DNA of 64,000 bases from Aureliella sp. GTDB lineage: Bacteria; Planctomycetota; Planctomycetia; Pirellulales; Pirellulaceae. Both the position numbers and the translations under genes were made by a program. Below the pieces are notes generated by a model. The model worked only from the letters and a program-made list of their open reading frames with translations. It was not told where the DNA came from and did not search any database. The DNA lies in NCBI GenBank assembly GCA_963691875.1, contig OY829846.1, forward strand, positions 2,688,001-2,752,000, in the 5' to 3' direction. Positions within the stretch are counted from its first letter, which is position 1; each line of letters starts with the position of its first letter. Shown here piece after piece: positions 28,331 through 35,470 of this stretch.

Positions 28331-29293
28331 TTAGTAATCCTGCTTCTGTAGCCCTGCAAATGCGTACTCAAGAATATCCTTGCCAGCTAGCGCATCGAGC
28401 CACTCGGAGGGAATTCCCGCACACCCCCAGTATGCACCGGCAAGCTGTCCACAAACTGCACCGACCGTATTAGAATCATGTCCTAAGTTCACGGCTTTAA
28501 TCAAAGCCTCACTAAACGAGTTGGCTTCATCGAATGCCCACAACGCCGCTTCTAAGCACTTGCTGGCATAGTAACTGGCTTGAATTTCGGGAGGCTGCAG
28601 TTGTCTAAAGCTTCCCTTCAAAACGGTCACGACGCTCGAGTGCAGCTCCTGCTCGCTCAGCTGCTGATAAGGCGCCCAGGTCGGGGACAAAACCACATCA
28701 CGACTTTCGCCGGTTAGCAAGCCTTCGAGAATTAACGAGAGGTAACTACAAGCGGATTGGCTTTGCAGACTGACATGAGTAGGGCGACTTGATTCACTTG
28801 CCAGGTCGCTCAGTGAAAATTCATCGTTCTTCACCCCGCCAAAGTGGACAACCACCGGTGCAAGTCGAGCAATTGCACCATTGCTCTCTGGGCTTGCAGC
28901 AAACTGACCGCTTGTCTCAGGATCACGATTCTGCTCATAGTGATAAAGGGCCGATGACATTGTGTTACTGATCTGCGTGCATTTGCCATGCAAGGCATAC
29001 TTGCCATTTCGCCACCAATCCAGATAGCGTTGCATTTGGTCGTTAATATCCCAGCTGCAATTGCTGATACTGTCGGCAAGCGCTACAGCCATGGCAGTGT
29101 CTTCCGACCAGACTCCGATTGGCTGCGTCATTGGCGAGCGGCTGCGAAATCCGTAGATAGGTGTGAAGGATCCTGGCGATTGGTACTCTACGATCCGGCC
29201 GAGCGCGTCTCCGATCGCGAGACCAAAAAAGCAGCCACGCATCCTATCTTCAGTAGTGGTTTGCAAAGTTTGTCTTTTCAACGTTATCGACAC
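28331..29293 (-). CDS. ADP-ribosylglycohydrolase (DraG/ARH family) with substituted metal ligands
   Basis: GLAIGDALG..VEY, WSEDTAMA, NGAIARLAP, SRPTH, LEAALWAF, AVNLGHDSNTVGAVCGQLAGAYWG..IPSEWL. Confidence 0.88.
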   Translation of the reverse strand: MSITLKRQTLQTTTEDRMRGCFFGLAIGDALGRIVEYQSPGSFTPIYGFRSRSPMTQPIGVWSEDTAMAVALADSISNCSWDINDQMQRYLDWWRNGKYALHGKCTQISNTMSSALYHYEQNRDPETSGQFAASPESNGAIARLAPVVVHFGGVKNDEFSLSDLASESSRPTHVSLQSQSACSYLSLILEGLLTGESRDVVLSPTWAPYQQLSEQELHSSVVTVLKGSFRQLQPPEIQASYYASKCLEAALWAFDEANSFSEALIKAVNLGHDSNTVGAVCGQLAGAYWGCAGIPSEWLDALAGKDILEYAFAGLQKQDY

Positions 29294-29620
29294 TTACAGA
29301 CAAAAAAGTTTGTTCGGATTTGCCTTGTCCCTAATACTGAACGGATTGACCCAGTCTCCTAGCTAAATATGCCACCCTGATTCCGCACTAAGATGGTAGT
29401 TGATGGTCTACTTCGATTTGACAACTTCGCAGTGCAGTTGAGCTACGACGCAGAGTGGGTTCAATTTTATGACGATTTCTTGAAAGTTTCGGCTTCAAAT
29501 CATCCGGGGGATGGAGCGAGGAGCCTCGCACAATTCAAAAACGGGTCACTTCGATCTGCTTAGCCGATCCTAGTTCGTATGAGGTTCGTTCGAATGTGTC
29601 CATAAATTTGCTTTGGTTGT

Positions 29621-29711
29621 TTGGCACCGGTGGCACCAGTCAGGGACATATACCTATGGGATTTGGCAAACCTGAAGCGTGAATGGATAAACTGGTGCCA
29701 ACTGGTGCCAA
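29621..29711. repeat. Inverted pairs of TGGCACCAGT-type iterons; putative replication origin
   Basis: TTGGCACCGG-TGGCACCAGT (29621-29640) faces ACTGGTGCCA-ACTGGTGCCAA (29691-29711) across a 50-bp spacer, immediately after the primase stop codon. Confidence 0.75.
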
Positions 29712-29712
29712 T

Positions 29713-31863
29713 TCACTCCGACCACAACTCTAGTCCGTGGTATATGACTTTCCTGCGATGCTGTCCGCTCGTAGGTTTTTCCTTCGTAAAGCGTTCGGCC
29801 ATTTGCTTTCCGAAGTTAGTTTGTGAAAGCTTTCCGCCCCACTCCTTATAGACATCAAAAAGGTCCGTAGCTCGCACAACCGCACCTTCTCTGACCTCGC
29901 ATGTGTCTGCGATGAAGCGGCCAAGAATATCCTGCTCACGACGGTACGAATCACTTGCTTCGGTGACTGCTGCTGGCTCATAGAACCCCGCGCGCAAATA
30001 CTCCTCCACGCCCTCCGTAATCCAATTCAGAATGCCCGGCCCCTCCTCCCTAGCCAACACTTCGTGATAGTTTTTGATCGGCTGCGTTTGCTTGCTGATG
30101 TCTACCGCGAAAGGAACTAGCTTGATTCGTCGCCAGATGCCATTATCGGTACCTCGGACTCGAGGAAGGTGGTTGGTTGCCATCCATAGCTTATGTGTCC
30201 TGCGAAAGTTGTAGAAGTTCTCACGCATCGCCCGCGCATTGATGGTTGAGTCACCGGTCAATTCCTTAACTCGTGATTGACGCATCGGCGTGTTCTGGTC
30301 GGGTTCACTTATCGCTACGAAACGCTTGCCAAGTAGTTGTGCCTTTTCCGCCGGGTGCCCTTTGTTTTCCCCTAGCAGAAGTGAGTCATGTGCGAGAATC
30401 CCATAATCACCAGCAAGCTCTAGCAACGTGTTCCACAAAAATGACTTGCCATTGCAACCGGAGCCATATGCGATCGGAAGAATGTGCTCACCGATATCAC
30501 CAGTGAACGAATACCCAAAAAGCTGCTGAACGTATATTTTTAGGCTGTGGTCACCGTCGAAAATAAGATGCAACGCATCAAGCCATCGAGGGCATTTAGC
30601 AGACGGATCGAACGAAACTCGCGCAAGCTGCGTAAGAAGGTCACCGCTTGAATGGGGCCTTAATTCCTTCGTTGTAAAATCCAGTGTTCCATTCTGAACA
30701 TTTAATACCATCGGGTTTCGGTCGAAGTCATCCACCTCCACCATGACCCGTGCATCGGCCCGTGCCAAGCTCAGCACATCCTTTGCCATGCGGTTTGTCT
30801 GTAGCCTTCTGATGAATGTGCGGGTACGGCTTAGGTCCTCCCTGGTGGCGGATGACACTGCCACCTTAGGCAACAACGTGTTCCGTAGCGACTCGGAGAA
30901 CCTCCGAAACATGCCGATGCACTTGGTCGCTCTTTCATCCTTCGACCATCGTTTTCCGTCAAAAACCATCCAGCAACCCCAAGCATCCACCCATCGAAGT
31001 GTATTTAGATATTCGTCGATAAATTTTTTTGCTGCGCTCTCCTCAGTTAACTCGCGATCAAGAACCAGTCCGCAATCAGAAGCCGTTGTCGCGGTCTTGC
31101 ATGGTTCGTTTTGGCTTAACGTAGTGACAATCTGCTCTGGGAGCTTGCACAGCTCAAACAGCTCTTCGAGCTCTCCTCCAGCTTCAAAAAAGTCTGTCAC
31201 GTCTTGCTTGGGGCTAACTGGAAGATGGACGATTTTTCCGTGGCCAAGCTTAGCTTTGATGTCTTGCGCGTGCTCCAGCCCTGGCTCATCGTTGTCGGAA
31301 AGAATGAACACTTCCTTGCCAAGGAGATACTGACCGTACTCATTAAGCCACTTCCCAGCACCGCCGACATTGCAGGTAGCCGCAACTCCTTTCCCTTTAA
31401 GCGTTTCCGCATCCTTTTCACCTTCGACAATGTATACAGTGGTGGCCCTTTGAACGTCTGGCAAGTTGTATGGGTATCTGGTCACGCCTTTCATTGACCA
31501 AGTACCATTGGCCTGTTTTTGAAGGAACTTCTTCTTGCCGGACTTCCGTATGGCTGAATACACATGATTGCCATCGGGGTCATAGTATTTGTATTCGATG
31601 TCTCGCTCAGGAGGCTGACCAAATCCAGCTAGTCGAAGATCATCGAAATTGAGTCCCACTGCCTTCCATACGTCTAATTCTTCGCATCCTGCGTGACAGT
31701 GGGCAACCCACCGTTTTTCCCCCTTAGCAATCGAAAGACTAGCCGTATTGTCATCATGCACCGGGCACTTTGCTTGGTACTTTTTGCCTCGCTGACTGCA
31801 CCCTTGGAACAGTAGTTCCGGCTTGATTGCATTTCCTGTTACCGACATATTAAAACAATCCAT
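29713..31863 (-). CDS. P4-family primase-helicase (CHC2 zinc finger, TOPRIM, D5_N, SF3 helicase)
   Basis: CPVHDD..HCHAGC zinc finger; IVEGEKDA and SDNDEPG TOPRIM; LNVQNGTLD; Walker A GSGCNGKS; KELTGDSTINAR, ATNHLP, GIWRRI. Confidence 0.93.
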   Translation of the reverse strand: MDCFNMSVTGNAIKPELLFQGCSQRGKKYQAKCPVHDDNTASLSIAKGEKRWVAHCHAGCEELDVWKAVGLNFDDLRLAGFGQPPERDIEYKYYDPDGNHVYSAIRKSGKKKFLQKQANGTWSMKGVTRYPYNLPDVQRATTVYIVEGEKDAETLKGKGVAATCNVGGAGKWLNEYGQYLLGKEVFILSDNDEPGLEHAQDIKAKLGHGKIVHLPVSPKQDVTDFFEAGGELEELFELCKLPEQIVTTLSQNEPCKTATTASDCGLVLDRELTEESAAKKFIDEYLNTLRWVDAWGCWMVFDGKRWSKDERATKCIGMFRRFSESLRNTLLPKVAVSSATREDLSRTRTFIRRLQTNRMAKDVLSLARADARVMVEVDDFDRNPMVLNVQNGTLDFTTKELRPHSSGDLLTQLARVSFDPSAKCPRWLDALHLIFDGDHSLKIYVQQLFGYSFTGDIGEHILPIAYGSGCNGKSFLWNTLLELAGDYGILAHDSLLLGENKGHPAEKAQLLGKRFVAISEPDQNTPMRQSRVKELTGDSTINARAMRENFYNFRRTHKLWMATNHLPRVRGTDNGIWRRIKLVPFAVDISKQTQPIKNYHEVLAREEGPGILNWITEGVEEYLRAGFYEPAAVTEASDSYRREQDILGRFIADTCEVREGAVVRATDLFDVYKEWGGKLSQTNFGKQMAERFTKEKPTSGQHRRKVIYHGLELWSE

Positions 31864-31916
31864 TGCTTCTGGCTTAGGGAACCCATCAATTCCCGAAATA
31901 GAACAAACACTTGGAG

Positions 31917-31956
31917 CCAGCTAGGGCCCCCAAACCCTAGCTAGCTTCTTCTTTTT
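31917..31956. promoter_or_regulatory. Stem-loop between DUF6876-like gene and primase
   Basis: AGCTAGGG-CCCCCAAA-CCCTAGCT followed by AGCTTCTTCTTTT. Confidence 0.4.
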
Positions 31957-31990
31957 ACGAGCGCTAAGCTCGCTCCCGAGGTTTTGCGCT

Positions 31991-32368
31991 CTAGTACTTA
32001 GACTTCAGAGGCATTGTCTGATCGCACACGTACCACTCGAATTTTTCACCAAGTTCGTCGAATGGGAAATCGGTGACGAAAATGTCCTGCTGGCAGAGGA
32101 CCGGTGCATTGGTGTCGGTCCTGCACTCGACAACAGCATCATGATTTAAGTGCCCAGGCAACTTGCGAATCGACCACAGTTGGAAGCGATTCGCGCTGAT
32201 TCTTTCATCGCATTGGTAGCTGAATACAAGGTCAACCAACCACCCTGCGTTAGCGTCATCAATCAGTAGTTTGATCCCGTCAGTGAATAGGTGGCTCGGG
32301 TTCACGTTCCTGTACCAGTTGCTAGAACCGTTACGACGGCTCAATAGTTCAGTCGCAAAACTTGTCAT
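31991..32368 (-). CDS. DUF6876-like protein
   Basis: GSSNWYR...LFTDGIKLL..ANAGWLVDLVFSYQ...FQLWSI...QDIFVTDFPFD pattern. Confidence 0.7.
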   Translation of the reverse strand: MTSFATELLSRRNGSSNWYRNVNPSHLFTDGIKLLIDDANAGWLVDLVFSYQCDERISANRFQLWSIRKLPGHLNHDAVVECRTDTNAPVLCQQDIFVTDFPFDELGEKFEWYVCDQTMPLKSKY

Positions 32369-32469
32369 GAGAAGTTCTCCAAAAGTTAGACCCAAAATGT
32401 AAGACGAAAGACATGCTGAGATAGGCGATACCAGGCGACTCCTGATTCAAAGTTCTGATTCATGCTTGC

Positions 32470-32664
32470 TCAGCTTTTCGCTTTTTTGCTGAAATGCTCG
32501 ATCGTAGCTCTTCCAATTTCCTCGAGTTCCTTCAGTTGCTCAGCCGACGACTTGATGCGACTTCTGCTTGGCTCCTGCTTAGCTTTCCGCTCTTTGCATT
32601 GTTGCGTTTTCGAATGCTTAACCGCATGGCTTGCGTCAGGCTGGCTTGGGTTGGATTGTGTCAT
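32470..32664 (-). CDS. Small basic hypothetical protein
   Basis: ATG 32664 preceded by GAGGAAAG; co-oriented between xis-like and DUF6876-like genes. Confidence 0.4.
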   Translation of the reverse strand: MTQSNPSQPDASHAVKHSKTQQCKERKAKQEPSRSRIKSSAEQLKELEEIGRATIEHFSKKAKS

Positions 32665-32879
32665 AATTTCTTTCCTCAAAATTTGGTGCATCGTGAGAAA
32701 GTCGGCGATACATTCCGACAAAACTAAAGTTCCTTTGCTGTTTTTAGAACGATTCCAGCCGCAGGTGCCAACTAAACTAAAGACTGCACCTGACCGATTT
32801 GACATTGCTTACAACGTCGATGGTAGAGCGCGCAGGGCGCAGCACACTCGCTGCAATGATTCAGCTATGCGATCATTGA

Positions 32880-33131
32880 CTAAAACACCTGCTCAACCCG
32901 TGTGTCGATGCGGCTGACACGTGTGCTCTGCGGTTCGTCAACCTCACAGCCAGTGGGCGACATGAAGCGTTCAAATTCTTCCACTGGGATGATGTACCTA
33001 GGCTTGAGACTGCCAGAACCTATGTTGGTGCTCCTCAGTCTTCCTGACCGAATAAGCCTGCGAATCCTGTCCTTAGACCATCCTGTAATTTCGTGGATAT
33101 CATCAACGTAAAGAAACCTACGCTTAAGCAT
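32880..33131 (-). CDS. Excisionase/AlpA-like helix-turn-helix protein (HTH_17 type)
   Basis: FLYVDDIHEITGWSKDRIRRLIRSGRLRS..G..PRYIIPVEEFERF; upstream GAAGGAAGG; within integrative element. Confidence 0.85.
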   Translation of the reverse strand: MLKRRFLYVDDIHEITGWSKDRIRRLIRSGRLRSTNIGSGSLKPRYIIPVEEFERFMSPTGCEVDEPQSTRVSRIDTRVEQVF

Positions 33132-33280
33132 TGCCTTACCTTCCTTCAATCAAGAACACTAAGAAACGTGCGATTAACGAAAGGTTAGAGAGCGTATGGT
33201 GTATTACCAGAGGCTGATTTAATGCTCCGAAGGTAATGAAGGTAAATCGAAGGTTCGAGTCCTAGGTAGCAGTCTCGCCT

Positions 33281-33844
33281 TCACCTTGGGGTGATCGAAA
33301 TCAAGGTAGTACTTTTGTTTTCTCGCCGGATGAATGGATACTCAGGTTTATCCGCCCACTCTCGGATCGCACTATACTTTCGCTGAAAAAGGGCTTGGAT
33401 CTCTTTCGTGTCTTTTTGAACCCAGCCAAGCTTCTCTCCAATCAGTCGCAAGAATGCTTCCGCTTTAAACTTGAAATCAAAGAGAGCTTCAGTGAACGCG
33501 ATATGCTCCCGGCTGAATGCCCATGAAACATCCAATTCATCGACCTCATCAGGGCCGAGGTACTGAGGCGGTTCACCATGTTTTTCGTAGAATTGAGTTC
33601 TTCGCGTTTCAAGCCTAGTGAATTCAACGTAGAGGTCGGCTGAGGGGTAAACCAATCGCGGGTCAGTTACCTCCATACTGGAAAAGAAAAGCACTGATCC
33701 TATGCAACCTGATTCCCAGTAATCCATGTCGGCATCCCAAGTGAATAGCTGCTTCTTTGGATCGAGAAGGAAGTCACGAAGTGTGGAGGCTATGCTTGCC
33801 TCTGGCGAATCATCCTCGCGGGATTTCTTATCTGCCACCAGCAT
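33281..33844 (-). CDS. Hypothetical protein overlapping the integrase 3' end
   Basis: 187-aa ORF whose start overlaps the integrase end; no recognisable motif. Confidence 0.6.
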   Translation of the reverse strand: MLVADKKSREDDSPEASIASTLRDFLLDPKKQLFTWDADMDYWESGCIGSVLFFSSMEVTDPRLVYPSADLYVEFTRLETRRTQFYEKHGEPPQYLGPDEVDELDVSWAFSREHIAFTEALFDFKFKAEAFLRLIGEKLGWVQKDTKEIQALFQRKYSAIREWADKPEYPFIRRENKSTTLISITPR

Positions 33845-35012
33845 TTCCCCCTAAATACCAATCTCGAACATGCTCACAAACCCGGTTAATGCGTTCATCT
33901 GAAACGCTTTCGCGATAGCCCGCGCTCATGTCGCTGGTCGCTGGAGAATGCCCCATGACATATTTGGTAGCCACAACATCCCCAGTCTCTTCACCGATGG
34001 TTTGGAACTGGCGTCGCAGGTCATAGAAGCGAATTCCAAGGTCAAGGGAATCGGCTAGCTTCGAGAATGCCTTTGTAACCGCATCGTGGCGCTGTTCTCC
34101 ATTATCACGGTGCCAAGGCTCCCGATACTTCGTATGAAACAGAACGTCCACATAGGCCTTACCAAATGGCTGCTGGCGGACTTTCTGAAACTCTTTGATT
34201 GCGGCGCGCGTCTCAGGCCATAGCCAAGCCTCACGTTCAACATTCGTCTTTCGTCTCGGATAAACCAGCCACTCCCCTTTAATGTGGTCGGCTCTCATTT
34301 GTCCCGCATCGGAATTGCTCATTCCTGCATTGATTCCAAGCAGCACGATTGGGCGGAACCAAACGGAGCAAGCATCTACAATGGTTCGCATCTCCTCGGG
34401 CGTGACCAAGACTTTCCGGCGCGAACTCTTCTTAGATTGACGACTCTGCTTGACCTGTCGATTTTCAGCTGCGGACATCTGCTTCATCGACTCGCCATAC
34501 TTCGGCCTTGGGATGAGTTCCCTACCATCAGCCGCACACCAATTGAGGAATGCTTTGATACGCCGAATGTCGCCGTCTACAGTCGTTCTGGAGCGACGTT
34601 CAACTTGGATGCCTCGAATACCACCACGAATCTCTGTCGTGCGTGGCACAGGCTTGTAGAGGTGCTCAACGATGGTGTCGAAGTCAAAGGCAGTCCACTC
34701 AGCTGGCAGGTCATCTTTGCCCAGCAGGTCAATCAACTTGCGGATCGTCTTAATGGACTCGATTCGAGAGCGCTCCTTCAGCTTGCCTTGCTCAACTCGC
34801 TTCCTGAGATAGTCAGCGTAGACGTTGCCAAGTTCAGAAAGGGTAGTGCTACCCCTGGCCTGTCTAACTGGCCTCCGGTGCAACTGGTCTTTCTCTGCGT
34901 TGTATCGCTTGAGAGCAGCTGCTTTATCCTTGCCGAAATAAACTTTTCGACCGTTGATTGTCTTGCACCACTGGCCAGCAGCGTGCAAATAGAGCGGGAA
35001 TTTCGTTGGCAT
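33828..35012 (-). CDS. Tyrosine recombinase/integrase (atypical box I)
   Basis: ATG 35012 with SD AGGAGGT; N-terminal GQWCKTINGRKVYFG arm-binding-like domain; PRRKT, FYDLRR, VMGH and terminal SAGY; adjacent to tRNA 3' end. Confidence 0.9.
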   Translation of the reverse strand: MPTKFPLYLHAAGQWCKTINGRKVYFGKDKAAALKRYNAEKDQLHRRPVRQARGSTTLSELGNVYADYLRKRVEQGKLKERSRIESIKTIRKLIDLLGKDDLPAEWTAFDFDTIVEHLYKPVPRTTEIRGGIRGIQVERRSRTTVDGDIRRIKAFLNWCAADGRELIPRPKYGESMKQMSAAENRQVKQSRQSKKSSRRKVLVTPEEMRTIVDACSVWFRPIVLLGINAGMSNSDAGQMRADHIKGEWLVYPRRKTNVEREAWLWPETRAAIKEFQKVRQQPFGKAYVDVLFHTKYREPWHRDNGEQRHDAVTKAFSKLADSLDLGIRFYDLRRQFQTIGEETGDVVATKYVMGHSPATSDMSAGYRESVSDERINRVCEHVRDWYLGGNAGGR

Positions 35013-35072
35013 TGGCGACCTCCTAAATGCAACCTTCTGGGGTATCATAAGGGTAGTCGCGAGAAATTAAAG

Positions 35073-35146
35073 CACCCCAGGCAGGACTCGAACCTGCGAC
35101 CTACGGATTAGAAATCCGTTGCTCTATCCAGCTGAGCTACTGGGGC
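35073..35146 (-). tRNA. tRNA-Arg (anticodon TCT)
   Basis: Minus strand GCCCCAGTAGCTCAGCTGGATAGAGCAACGGATTTCTAATCCGTAGGTCGCAGGTTCGAGTCCTGCCTGGGGTG folds as a canonical cloverleaf; no encoded CCA. Confidence 0.96.
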
Positions 35147-35470
35147 TTGAGGCCGTCAGTCTACCAAATGAACGTCAGGTAGTCAGGTGCCTGTCACATA
35201 GCCAGGCATCGCGCGATCCCATGGGCGAACTCTTGGTCCAATGAGCCTGCGAAAATGAGAATCTCAACTTTGGATCGAGCGACGAACGATTCCTCGCCTT
35301 CGTACGGTTGCCACACAAGTAGTTTCTGCAACGTGCAATTTTGCCTGATCTTCTGGCGAGAAGTACGCTCTTGAATCGGGTCAAGCATTGAAAGACAATA
35401 GAGCCTCGTCTTCCTTCCTGCCAAGTACATCTAACTTCTGAGCTTCCGCTCGGAGAGAAATCTGATCACC

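Larger units (their letters stand above)
28331..35072 (-). mobile_element. PICI/P4-satellite-like integrative element at tRNA-Arg (left border uncertain, possibly out to ~23.9 kb)
   Basis: tRNA 3' end - int - hyp - xis/HTH - hyp - DUF6876-like - primase/helicase - iteron ori - cargo, all co-oriented; no structural phage or conjugation genes. Confidence 0.8.

Noticed and set aside
23750..29700. Direct repeat of the tRNA-Arg 3' end (att site) bounding the island
   Set aside because: No convincing copy of GCACCCCAGGCAGGACTCGAACC found by eye. CCACCCCGGG at ~26095 is short, lacks the T-arm and belongs to the dispersed repeat also seen at 57-105
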